Source: Candidatus Omnitrophota bacterium | GTDB taxonomy: Bacteria > Omnitrophota > Gorgyraeia > Zapsychrales > Zapsychraceae | Direction: 5' to 3' | Length of the DNA: 47,965 nt | Assembly (NCBI GenBank): GCA_015233495.1 | Contig: JADFXQ010000009.1 | Span: forward strand, 1 to 47,965 | Shown: positions 1-8,462 of the stretch, one piece after another | How the letters are laid out: every line of letters starts with the position of its first letter | Numbering within the stretch: the stretch's first letter is position 1 | The notes under the pieces: generated by a model | The model's input: the letters and a program-made list of their open reading frames with translations, nothing else | What the model was told of the DNA's origin: nothing | Database searches by the model: none | Translations under genes and position numbers: made by a program

Positions 1-282
1 AATAAAGAAGGCATTGTCTTGCGTTTATCCCCAGCCATGAAAACTTTAGCCGGATTAGTGGATCCGGTTATTTTTGTGATCGAGAAAACCGTTAAATATA
101 TTATGGTTTTGATCAATCGCTTTTGGTCAAAGGATTCTTCAGATAAAGGGCCAGCCTTGCCGGAATTTAAAGCCGCCGTTTCTTTGGCCAGGGCTTCAAA
201 ACTATTGGGAGCCCGGGAAGAAAAAATCGTGCTTTCCGCTGCCGCTTTATCCACCCGACCGGTAAAAGATATTATTATTCCC
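1..282 (+). pseudogene. Inverted internal segment of a CNNM/HlyC-CorC (hemolysin-family) gene, covering the end of DUF21 to the start of the first CBS domain
   Basis: Frame +1 reads NKEGIVLRLSPAMKTLAGLVDPVIFVIEKTV...EFKAAVSLARASKLLGAREEKIVLSAAALSTRPVKDIIIP. This is the sequence expected after the 'GE(L/I)xPK' motif of DUF21 proteins, but it lies on the opposite strand to the N-terminal half. Confidence 0.75.
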
Positions 283-646
283 CTAAAACAATCGTTAAAA
301 ATGTGAGCGGCAATATCAAGCAAAACAAGGCGATGATTTTCGCGGCAAACAGCGGCAGTCCGTACGTGGTTTGCAGCCAAGGACCAATCTTCCCTTCCAC
401 ACCCACCCCGCCGGTTGCCGCAGCCAAGGCCCCGACCAGATTGATCCCCAGTTGCACAATAGCCAGACTGGCCTCCATGCGGTCTTTCATAAACACCGCT
501 TCACTGGCGCCTTTTTTATTCTCGCCTAGTAAAACCGCGAGCCGCGGCCGGGAAATCGAAGCCAAGGCCATTTCATAAGCAGCCAGAAACGCGGTGACAA
601 CGATCATGAAAACAATGATGAGGAATTCCACAACCAGAATTAGCAT
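275..646 (-). pseudogene. N-terminal half of a CNNM/DUF21 (hemolysin-family) membrane protein, truncated at the inversion junction
   Basis: DUF21 signatures FLAAYEMALASISRPRL, LAIVQLGINLVG and LTFLTIVLGE are present. A stop follows GE where xxPK normally continues. Confidence 0.8.
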
Positions 647-753
647 AATTATTTTTTATTTTAAATCTGCGTTCTGTCACAAGTTTTAGCTTTTAATCTT
701 CTTATATTTGGCTTTTCCAACGAGTTCTGATTTTTTATCTTGCCTCCCTGCCC

Positions 754-903
754 ATCGCTGGCAAATCCGCGCGCCCAAAGCTGATGAGAAATATATTTCG
801 GGATCGTTCTGAGGCCGTTCTTACTTCTTTTTCCAGAAATAGGCCGAAGGCAGAGCCCGAAATATATTCCTCACCAGCCCGCGCGCTTTTAATCTGTCGC
901 GAT
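754..903. repeat. Long imperfect intergenic hairpin (candidate structured RNA or REP-like element)
   Basis: Arms 780-802 and 856-878 are complementary at 21/23 nt. Additional outer pairings are GCGCGC and ATCGC/GCGAT; inner pairings are TCTG/CAGA and GGCC/GGCC. Confidence 0.7.
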
Positions 904-1037
904 TACAACTACGCCGGCCGAGCTTCCCATATTCGCAATCCTTCTCAAAGCTTATTTCGCATAAAACTTTTAACAGAATCTTAATCTGCGATCACATCAA
1001 TATCCGACCAGATCATGCTCCCGCTATTGCCTTATTA

Positions 1038-1101
1038 TTGATATAAATATCAAGCGGGGTGACCCCGCAGAGGGCAGGACCCCGCCTGATATGCATATCA
1101 A
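1038..1101. repeat. Nested palindromic inverted repeat
   Basis: Arms 1038-1060 and 1079-1101 match at 20/23 nt. Each arm contains its own TGATAT..ATATCA palindrome, and GCGGGGTGACCCCGC lies at 1054-1068. Confidence 0.65.
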
Positions 1102-1151
1102 ATGAAACGCCACCTAAAGCAGGACCCGAGGCGATATTTACGTGACTAAAT

Positions 1152-2369
1152 CTATATTTTTTTGCGCAATTTTGCGATGGCTTTTTCCCAACGCTCTTTT
1201 AAATCTGGACGCGCCATCCATTCCAGCACATATTGCGAAAACTCTTCCCCGGTCGCCCCATTATCCCGTCCCGTAATCAACACCCGGCGCTCAAACTGGC
1301 CGCACATATCCAAAGCCATATCCACCGCCGCGGCGCGCTCGGCGTATCCGATATGCCGCAAAAGCATAGCCGCGGCCTTGATCATCGAAGACGGATCCGC
1401 GAATTTTGCCCGTCCCTCCTGTACCATGCGCGGGGCGCTGCCATGAATCGCTTCAAACATCGCCCAGCGGATGCCGATATTCGCGCTTCCCGCTGTTCCG
1501 ACTCCGCCTTGAATCTGCGCGGCTTCATCTGTAATAATATCCCCATAAAGATTGGGCAAAACCAACACTTGAAAATCCGCGCGCCGCTGAGGATCCAATA
1601 ATTTGGCAGTCATAATATCAATATACCATTCATCCAAAACGATCCCGGGATATTCCTTAGCTATACGGGCCGCCACCCGTGAAAAGCGGCCATCTGTAGT
1701 CTTAACCACGTTGGATTTTGTCACCACTGTCACGCGTTGCAACTGATTTTTTTGGGCGTATTCAAACGCCATCCGGATAATCCTTTGCGAACCCTGTTCC
1801 GTAGTAATTTTAAAATCAACACTCAAATCCTCAGTGACATCAAAACCTTTTGATCCAACCGCGTATTCTCCTTCCGTGTTTTCCCGGAAAAAGCACCAAT
1901 CAATCCCTTCTTGCGGAATGCGCACCGGACGCACATTAGCGAACAAATCCAAAGCCCGGCGCATAGCGACGTTCGCGCTTTCAATATTCGGCCAGCGCCG
2001 ATCGCCGGCTTGCGGGGTGGTTGTCGGGCCTTTTAAAATCACCTGACAATCTTTCAGCTGGGATAATACCTCATCCGGAATCGCTTTATTTTCCTTAGCC
2101 CGATTTTCAATTGTCAGCCCTTTGATTTCCTGAAAAACCACCTGGCCTTGCTTCACGGCTTGACTTAAGGCGGCAACCAAAACATTTTTTGCCGCCTGGG
2201 AAATGCTTTCGCCAATCCCGTCTCCGCCGCAAATGCCAATGCGGATCGGACGTAAACCGGCATAATCCACTTTGTCCGCATTGGTTTTTAAAGTCTCTAC
2301 CCGCGCGAGTTGTTCTTCTAAGATTTTTCCAAATTTTTCTTTGGCCTGTTCAATTTCGGTTTGCCGCAT
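1152..2369 (-). CDS. Isocitrate/isopropylmalate family dehydrogenase
   Basis: Motifs GDGIG, LKGPTTTP, RENTEGEY, PNLYGDI and EAIHGSAP; GAGGTG ribosome-binding site upstream. Confidence 0.92.
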   Translation of the reverse strand: MRQTEIEQAKEKFGKILEEQLARVETLKTNADKVDYAGLRPIRIGICGGDGIGESISQAAKNVLVAALSQAVKQGQVVFQEIKGLTIENRAKENKAIPDEVLSQLKDCQVILKGPTTTPQAGDRRWPNIESANVAMRRALDLFANVRPVRIPQEGIDWCFFRENTEGEYAVGSKGFDVTEDLSVDFKITTEQGSQRIIRMAFEYAQKNQLQRVTVVTKSNVVKTTDGRFSRVAARIAKEYPGIVLDEWYIDIMTAKLLDPQRRADFQVLVLPNLYGDIITDEAAQIQGGVGTAGSANIGIRWAMFEAIHGSAPRMVQEGRAKFADPSSMIKAAAMLLRHIGYAERAAAVDMALDMCGQFERRVLITGRDNGATGEEFSQYVLEWMARPDLKERWEKAIAKLRKKI

Positions 2370-2433
2370 CGTTCACCTCTTTTTGCAGCGGGATATCAGC
2401 GCTTGCGATAACTCTCGCTGTCACCGCGGATGT

Positions 2434-2456
2434 AAAAAAACCGGGGATCCCCCGGT
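2434..2456 (-). terminator. Intrinsic terminator downstream of pilT
   Basis: Minus strand reads ACCGGGG-GAT-CCCCGGT followed by a T-run. Confidence 0.7.
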
Positions 2457-2460
2457 ATCA

Positions 2461-2543
2461 TAATAGGGGACAGCGCCCTATTTCGCTAATCAAAATTGAT
2501 CCATTGTTTTGCGGCTGTCGAAATAGGGCGCTGTCTCCTATTA
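2461..2543. repeat. REP/REPIN-like inverted repeat (GGGGACAGCGCCCTATTTCG type)
   Basis: 25-nt arms 2461-2485 and 2519-2543 differ by one mismatch. Confidence 0.75.
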
Positions 2544-2564
2544 GCAAACAGTCATCTATCTACC

Positions 2565-3623
2565 TTACCGGCGGTCCAACAATTGTTTGAATTCTTCGCG
2601 GTTCTTGACGTGAATCATCGCGTCTTCATAGCTGATGAGATTATTGATAAAGAGGTCCTTTAAACACATATCCATGGTGTGCATACCATATTGCATACCG
2701 GTTTGAATAGAAGTGGGAATTTGCTCAATCGCTTGTTCCCGGATCAAATTGCGAATCGCGGATGTGGCAACCAAAACTTCGGTGGCTAAGACCCGTCCTT
2801 CACCGCCGGCCCGCGGGAGCAAAGTCTGGGAGACTACCCCTTGCAAACACGCCGACAACTGCAACCGCACCTGCTGCTGTTGATGCGGCGGAAAAACGTC
2901 AATAATCCGTTCGATGGTTTGCGCCGCGTCAGGAGTGTGCAGAGTCGCCAGAACCAAATGTCCGGTTTCCGCGGCGGTTAAAGCGGTGGAAATAGTTTCC
3001 AAATCCCGCAATTCCCCGACCACAATAACATCCGGGTCTTGCCGCAGACAACGCTTCAGCGCCTCCGCGAAAGAAAGCGTATCACTATAAACCTCGCGTT
3101 GCTTGATAACGGATTTTTTATTCGTATGCACATATTCAATCGGATCCTCAATGCAGGTAATCATGCAGGATTGATCATTGTTGATCAAATCGATCATCGC
3201 CGCCAAAGTGGTAGTTTTTCCCGATCCGGTCGGACCGGTGATCAAAACCAGCCCATTGGTTTTTTTCGCGAAATCCGTAACCGCCACAGGCAGTCCTAAT
3301 TCATTGACCGAAGGGACATAGAGAGGAATTCTTCGAAAAGCGGCCTCAACCGCGCCGCGCTGGATATGCATATTTACCCGAAACCGGTCAATCCCCGGGA
3401 CCGCCAGGGAAAAATCCAATTCGCGTTCCGCTTCAAATTTATGGATTTGTTCGTTGGAAAGCAACCCGTAAATAACTTCTTTTAAAGTCTCTTTCGTCAA
3501 AGGGGGCATTTGCAGAAAAACCAAACGGCCGTCGATGCGCATGATCGGCGGACAACGATCTGTCAAATGCAGGTCGGAGGCCTTATACTGAATCACCGAT
3601 TTGAGCAGCTCTTTAAGATCCAC
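2565..3623 (-). CDS. pilT: Type IV pilus retraction ATPase PilT
   Basis: Motifs ASDLHL, Walker A GPTGSGKTT, Asp box IEDPIEY, LRQDPD, His box GHLVLATLH and AIRNLIRE. GTG start at 3623 follows a GGAGGGG RBS; the ORF track extends further, to 3689. Confidence 0.93.
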   Translation of the reverse strand: MDLKELLKSVIQYKASDLHLTDRCPPIMRIDGRLVFLQMPPLTKETLKEVIYGLLSNEQIHKFEAERELDFSLAVPGIDRFRVNMHIQRGAVEAAFRRIPLYVPSVNELGLPVAVTDFAKKTNGLVLITGPTGSGKTTTLAAMIDLINNDQSCMITCIEDPIEYVHTNKKSVIKQREVYSDTLSFAEALKRCLRQDPDVIVVGELRDLETISTALTAAETGHLVLATLHTPDAAQTIERIIDVFPPHQQQQVRLQLSACLQGVVSQTLLPRAGGEGRVLATEVLVATSAIRNLIREQAIEQIPTSIQTGMQYGMHTMDMCLKDLFINNLISYEDAMIHVKNREEFKQLLDRR

Positions 3624-3667
3624 GTCCCCTCCTTCATCCGAGATTGAAACGCGATACGTAAACGAAT

Positions 3668-4840
3668 TTAGCTGTTGCGGGCTGCCCACTGCGTCAAGCG
3701 CCGCATCCCTTCCTCAATCCGCTCGACGGAAGCGGCAAAACTCAAACGCACAAAACCCGGAGCGCCAAAACTCTCTCCCGGAATCAATGCCACGCTGACC
3801 TCGTCCAAAATCCGTTTGGCTACCTGGGCGGAAGCGCCGAAGCGCGAAAAATCACAAAACAGATAAAAGGCGCCTTGCGGTAAAACATATTTTACCCCCG
3901 CGATTTTGTCCAAAGCCCGGGCCATCAGATCGCGGCGCCGTTGGAATTCCGCGCGGATTTTCACGAAGGTTTCTTCCGTTTCTTTCAAGGCCTCGACCGC
4001 GGCCTTTTGGCTGATCGAGCAGGGATTCGAAGTGGAATGGTCTTGATAATTTTTAATCAATTCCATAATATCTTTCGGGCCGGCGCAGTAACCTATCCGC
4101 CAACCCGTCATCGCCGAAGATTTGGATAAACCATTCACCGTGATGGTCAAATCATTAACCGGTTTGCCAAGGGAAGCTATCGACGTAAACGGCTCAGGAA
4201 TATAAATAAATTTTTCATAAATTTCATCACTGATGATAAAAATATTATGGCGGACGCAAAGCGCGGCTAGCGGTTCCAGCTCCTGCTTGGCATAAAGCAT
4301 ACCCGTCGGATTGGACGGCGAATTCATGACTAAAATCTTGGTCCGCGGCGTGATCGCCTTTTCTAATTGCGCGGGGGTGATTTTAAAACCTGTCGCGGCC
4401 GTCGTAGGCAGAAACACATTGACGCCGCCGGCAATTTTAACCATTTCCGGATAACTTACCCAGTACGGAGCCGGGATCAACACCTCATCCCCGTCATCGA
4501 CCAAAATTTGAATTATATTAAAAATAGAATGTTTGGCGCCGCAGGATACGGCGACTTGCGCCGGGGTGTATTTTAAGCCGTTGTCTTGTTCAAATTTGCG
4601 GCATATGGCTTCGCGGAGCTCAAGCGTGCCGACACTGGGCGTGTAGCGGGTGAACCCCGCGTTGATAGCGGCAATCGCCGCGCTGCGGATGTGCTCGGGC
4701 GTGTCAAAATCCGGCTCGCCCGCCGCGAAACTCACCACATCCACGCCTTGCGCTTTCAATTCATTAGCGCGGGCGGTGATCGCTAAAGTGGAAGAGCCTT
4801 CTACATCCTTGACTCGTCGATTGAACCGTATGAGTGGCAT
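3668..4840 (-). CDS. PLP-dependent class I/II aminotransferase (aspartate aminotransferase-like)
   Basis: Motifs GEPDFDTP, NSPSNPTG, SDEIYE and SKSSAMTGWRIGY. Start chosen at ATG 4840; an alternative lies at 4858. Confidence 0.92.
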   Translation of the reverse strand: MPLIRFNRRVKDVEGSSTLAITARANELKAQGVDVVSFAAGEPDFDTPEHIRSAAIAAINAGFTRYTPSVGTLELREAICRKFEQDNGLKYTPAQVAVSCGAKHSIFNIIQILVDDGDEVLIPAPYWVSYPEMVKIAGGVNVFLPTTAATGFKITPAQLEKAITPRTKILVMNSPSNPTGMLYAKQELEPLAALCVRHNIFIISDEIYEKFIYIPEPFTSIASLGKPVNDLTITVNGLSKSSAMTGWRIGYCAGPKDIMELIKNYQDHSTSNPCSISQKAAVEALKETEETFVKIRAEFQRRRDLMARALDKIAGVKYVLPQGAFYLFCDFSRFGASAQVAKRILDEVSVALIPGESFGAPGFVRLSFAASVERIEEGMRRLTQWAARNS

Positions 4841-4874
4841 AAATGCACTTTGGAACAAACATTATAAAATAAAA

Positions 4875-5021
4875 AATGACAAATGACAAAATTCAAAGCA
4901 CAAAATAAATCCAAATATCAAAATTTAAAGCACAAAACAACAAATTCCAAACTATGTGTTTTAGATTTTCAATTTTATATTTTAAATTTATTTTGAATTT
5001 TGAATTTTGTCATTTGTCATT
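4875..5021. repeat. AT-rich fold-back element built from 7-nt repeats (AAATGAC / GTCATTT)
   Basis: 23-nt perfect terminal inverted arms at 4875-4897 and 4999-5021, with looser pairing inside. Confidence 0.8.
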
Positions 5022-5025
5022 GCTT

Positions 5026-5598
5026 TTACTCCGCAGTTTTGCGGTTGAACATTTTGCGAATATTGCTGAATTTTTTTCCGATATCCGCCTTGGTCTGCGG
5101 CGCTTCTTTTTCCCGCGGCGAATGCGTTTTTTTCGGGTCTTCCGCGGTTTTCTTCGCGTCTTTTTCTATCACTACCGCGTCGCTGACTTCCGAAGTTGCT
5201 ACCGCTGTTTTTTTCGATTTCGGTTTAGCAACCATTACTTCTTTCTTTTCCGTCAATTCCAAATAAACCATTTGCGCCCCGTCACCGCGTCGCAAACCGC
5301 CTTTAATAATCCGGGTATATCCTCCCACCCGACTATGGAAACGCGGCGCGATTTCGCGAAACAAAGCGCTCACTAAAATATGGTCGCACAAAACAGCGAA
5401 AGCGCGGCGTTTGTCCGCCAATGTCCCTTTTTTCCCTAAGGTGATCAATTGATCAACCGTTTTACGGGCTTCTTTGGCTTTGGCCAATGTCGTCTCGATC
5501 CGTTCCCGCAGCAAAACCGACTTTGCCATGTCCCGCATTGTGGCCTTCCGATGGCTCGGTTGACGGTTTAATCGATTCCCCGCAATATTATGTCGCAT
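5026..5598 (-). CDS. rplQ: 50S ribosomal protein L17 with C-terminal extension
   Basis: MRH...LNRQPSHRKA, IETTLAKAKE and GGYTRI motifs; position after rpoA. Confidence 0.97.
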   Translation of the reverse strand: MRHNIAGNRLNRQPSHRKATMRDMAKSVLLRERIETTLAKAKEARKTVDQLITLGKKGTLADKRRAFAVLCDHILVSALFREIAPRFHSRVGGYTRIIKGGLRRGDGAQMVYLELTEKKEVMVAKPKSKKTAVATSEVSDAVVIEKDAKKTAEDPKKTHSPREKEAPQTKADIGKKFSNIRKMFNRKTAE

Positions 5599-5599
5599 G

Positions 5600-6592
5600 T
5601 TATTCCTTCTTCTTTAATTTTTTCGGATCAACTTTCATGCCCAAACTTAAACCCATCACTTTGAGCAATTCCGCAATCTCCGTGAGAGACTTCTTCCCGA
5701 AATTTCTTTGGCCCAAAAGATCGACTTCCGTCTTTTTTACCAGATCGGCAATGGTTTTGATATTGGCGTCTTTCAAACAATTAGCGCTGCGCACCGAAAG
5801 TTCCAATTCCGAAATCGGCAAACGTAATTTTTCATACAAGGCCTGTTCTTCCGAGGAAATTTCTTCTTCCTCTTCCTCTTCTTCCGGAAGCTGACCATAA
5901 CTGACAAAAACGTCTAAATGCCGTTGTAAAATATTTGAGGCATAGAGCAAAGCTTCTTTCGGATTGATTCCTCCGTTGGTCCAGATTTCCAAGATCAACT
6001 TATCATAATCCGTTCTTTGCCCGACCCGAGTGTTCTCGACATTATAACTGATTTTGACAATCGGCGTAAAAATCGAATCAATCGCGATCATCCCAATCGG
6101 CAAACCTTCTTTTTTATTCAAATCCGCGGAAACATAGCCGCGGCCGCGGGCCACTTCCATTTCGATTTTTAAAGAAACGTCGCGGGTCAAGGTGGCGATG
6201 TGCAAATCCGGGTTTAAAATTTCCACGGTTTCATCGCAGATGATGTCCCCGGCCTTAATCTCCCCTTTTTTATCCGCTTTCACATAAATGGTCTTGGCGA
6301 CTTTGGAATGGGAGCGGATCACCAATTGTTTGATGCTCAAAATAATATCCGCAACCGACTCAACAACGCCGGGCAGCGTGGAAAATTCATGCTCCGCGCC
6401 TTCGACTTTAATCGATGTTACAGCGCTGCCCTCAATCGAAGACAATAAGATCCGGCGCAGGGAATTTCCCAGCGTGACACCATAACCACGCTCGAAAGGC
6501 TCCGCAATGAAACGGCCGTATTTTTCATTATAGGTCGATTCATCGCATTCCAATTTTTTTGGCATTTGAAAATCGCGCCATTTAATTCCCAT
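5600..6592 (-). CDS. rpoA: RNA polymerase alpha subunit
   Basis: EPFERGYGVTLGNSLRRILLSS and the alpha-CTD motif ELSVRSANCL...NFGKKSL; ATG at 6592 after an AGGAGG RBS. Confidence 0.98.
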   Translation of the reverse strand: MGIKWRDFQMPKKLECDESTYNEKYGRFIAEPFERGYGVTLGNSLRRILLSSIEGSAVTSIKVEGAEHEFSTLPGVVESVADIILSIKQLVIRSHSKVAKTIYVKADKKGEIKAGDIICDETVEILNPDLHIATLTRDVSLKIEMEVARGRGYVSADLNKKEGLPIGMIAIDSIFTPIVKISYNVENTRVGQRTDYDKLILEIWTNGGINPKEALLYASNILQRHLDVFVSYGQLPEEEEEEEEISSEEQALYEKLRLPISELELSVRSANCLKDANIKTIADLVKKTEVDLLGQRNFGKKSLTEIAELLKVMGLSLGMKVDPKKLKKKE

Positions 6593-6608
6593 GTCGTTCC
6601 TCCTTGAA

Positions 6609-7220
6609 TTATTTGGAATAAAGTTCAACGATCAACTGTTCATTGATCGGGAACTGCACATCTTCCCGCGTCGGCAACACCACAACTTTGGCTTTATAAT
6701 GTTTGGGATCAATGTTCAGCCACCGCGCCCCGCTGCGGTCTTTCATTCTTTCGATATTCGTATCAATATATTTTTTCGATTTGTCCTTCACCTGCAGAGA
6801 TATTTCATCGCCGACCTTGACGAGAAAAGAAGCAATGTTCACTTTGCGGTCATTGACCCGGACCCAGCCGTGCGAAACAATTTGGCGGGCCATCGGACGC
6901 GTTGTCGCGAATCCCATGCGGTAAATCGTGTTGTCCAAACGGCGTTCCAGCATTTGCAAAAGAACGTGACCGGTAATCCCCGGAGCGCTGGAAGCCTTTT
7001 CATAATAAAGGCGGAATTGTTTTTCCAAAATTCCGTAAATGCGCTTCACTTTTTGTTTTTCGCGCAGCTGAATACCGTAGTTCGATAATTTGCCGCGGCG
7101 ATTTCCCCCATGCTGCCCGGGCGGGGTTGGCCGACGCTCGATGTCAAATTTCGGATTTCCAAAAAGATTGACGCCTTCTCTGCGGCACAAACGAAATCTT
7201 GGTCCAATGTATCTCGCCAT
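6609..7220 (-). CDS. rpsD: 30S ribosomal protein S4
   Basis: MARYIGP, QLREKQK, LERRLDN and IVELYSK motifs. Confidence 0.98.
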   Translation of the reverse strand: MARYIGPRFRLCRREGVNLFGNPKFDIERRPTPPGQHGGNRRGKLSNYGIQLREKQKVKRIYGILEKQFRLYYEKASSAPGITGHVLLQMLERRLDNTIYRMGFATTRPMARQIVSHGWVRVNDRKVNIASFLVKVGDEISLQVKDKSKKYIDTNIERMKDRSGARWLNIDPKHYKAKVVVLPTREDVQFPINEQLIVELYSK

Positions 7221-7286
7221 GAAACTTTTCCTTTAATAGTTATAGTTTCCTACAATTTGTAATAAATATAATTCGCGTTTTAACTC

Positions 7287-7694
7287 CTAAACGCGCCGTT
7301 TCTTTCGGGAGCGACAACCATTATGCGGTAACGGCGTAATATCTTTGATCAGACTGATGGTTAACCCGCTGGCTTGAATCGCGCGGATAGCTGATTCCCG
7401 ACCGGAACCTGGTCCATTAACCAAAACCTCTAAGGTTCTTAAACCCAAATCTTTGGCGCGCCGCGCCGCATCCCCAGCCGCAACCTGAGCGGCAAACGGG
7501 GTTGACTTCTTGGATCCCGTGAACCCAACCATGCCTGGAGTCGACCAGGTCAAGACATGACCCTGTTGATCGGCAATCGTAATGATGGTGTTATTAAACG
7601 AAGCTTGAATATGCGCGATACCCGCAGTAACGCCCTTCAACGCTTTCTTTTTTGCCTTTTCAACTTTTTTGACTACTGGTGCTTGTTTTGCCAT
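7287..7694 (-). CDS. rpsK: 30S ribosomal protein S11
   Basis: [18 protein letters not shown] and PHNGCR motifs. Confidence 0.98.
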   Translation of the reverse strand: MAKQAPVVKKVEKAKKKALKGVTAGIAHIQASFNNTIITIADQQGHVLTWSTPGMVGFTGSKKSTPFAAQVAAGDAARRAKDLGLRTLEVLVNGPGSGRESAIRAIQASGLTISLIKDITPLPHNGCRSRKKRRV

Positions 7695-7750
7695 AATCTT
7701 TAAAACCTCCCGTGATCAGCAAAGCTCTAAGAACCGTCCTGACCAATTCA

Positions 7751-8119
7751 TTATTTCTTCTTAGCGCCAACACCCGAACGTCGTCCCTTGCGGGTCCGGG
7801 CGTTTGTCCGCGTTCGTTGTCCACGCACCGGCAGACCCCGGCGGTGCCGTAAACCGCGATAAGATCCGATTTCTTGCAGCCGGCGAATATTCTGACTCAC
7901 TTCTCGCCGCAAATCCCCTTCCACGACATAATTCGCCTGAATAATACCGGTAATCCGCGCGACTTCTTCATCCGTCAAATCTTTTGCCCGGCGGTTCAAA
8001 TCAATCTTCGCGTCATTGAGAATCTTGCGCGCTCGGAAAGGGCCGATACCAAATAAATATGGTAAAGCCGCCTCAACACGTTTTTCTTTCGGAATATCCA
8101 CACCTAAAATTCTTGGCAT
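7751..8119 (-). CDS. rpsM: 30S ribosomal protein S13
   Basis: Start [10 protein letters not shown] at ATG 8119; [19 protein letters not shown] motif. Confidence 0.98.
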   Translation of the reverse strand: MPRILGVDIPKEKRVEAALPYLFGIGPFRARKILNDAKIDLNRRAKDLTDEEVARITGIIQANYVVEGDLRREVSQNIRRLQEIGSYRGLRHRRGLPVRGQRTRTNARTRKGRRSGVGAKKK

Positions 8120-8123
8120 ACGA

Positions 8124-8237
8124 TTAACCTTGTCGTTGTTTATGTTTCGGATTGCTGCAAATAACCCGGACGACGCCGCTGCGCCGCACAATTTTACAGC
8201 TGCTGCAAATTCTTTTAACTGAAGATTTAACTTTCAT
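8124..8237 (-). CDS. rpmJ: 50S ribosomal protein L36 (not in the ORF track)
   Basis: Manual translation: [37 protein letters not shown]. Confidence 0.97.
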   Translation of the reverse strand: MKVKSSVKRICSSCKIVRRSGVVRVICSNPKHKQRQG

Positions 8238-8238
8238 G

Positions 8239-8457
8239 TTATTTATTCCTGTAGGTAATCCGCCCCCGGGTCAAATCATAAGGTGAAAGTTCAACTTTGA
8301 CCTTATCCCCGGGAAGAATACGGATAAAATTCATCCGGATTTTTCCGGATATATGCGCCAGAACCACATGCTTATTTTCCAGCTCCACCCGGAATAACGC
8401 GTTGGGTAAAGCCTCTTTAATTACCCCTTCAACTTCAATAAGATCTTCTCGAGCCAT
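8239..8457 (-). CDS. infA: Translation initiation factor IF-1
   Basis: [11 protein letters not shown]...[10 protein letters not shown]...HISGKIR...[13 protein letters not shown]. Confidence 0.98.
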   Translation of the reverse strand: MAREDLIEVEGVIKEALPNALFRVELENKHVVLAHISGKIRMNFIRILPGDKVKVELSPYDLTRGRITYRNK

Positions 8458-8462
8458 AAAAG

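Noticed and set aside
19..306. Independent 95-aa plus-strand gene
   Set aside because: The frame is open from base 1 and reads as the internal continuation of the DUF21 protein. Residues after DIIIP are antisense read-through beyond the junction.
781..862. Hammerhead ribozyme (CTGATGAG ... CGAAA)
   Set aside because: The core words are present, but no stem II closes between GAG and CGAAA and there is no stem I/III with an NUH site. The words are simply parts of the inverted-repeat arms.
4954..5376. Phe-rich plus-strand ORFs 4954-5376 and 5000-5266
   Set aside because: They are a product of the AT-rich repeat and the antisense of the Lys-rich rplQ tail.
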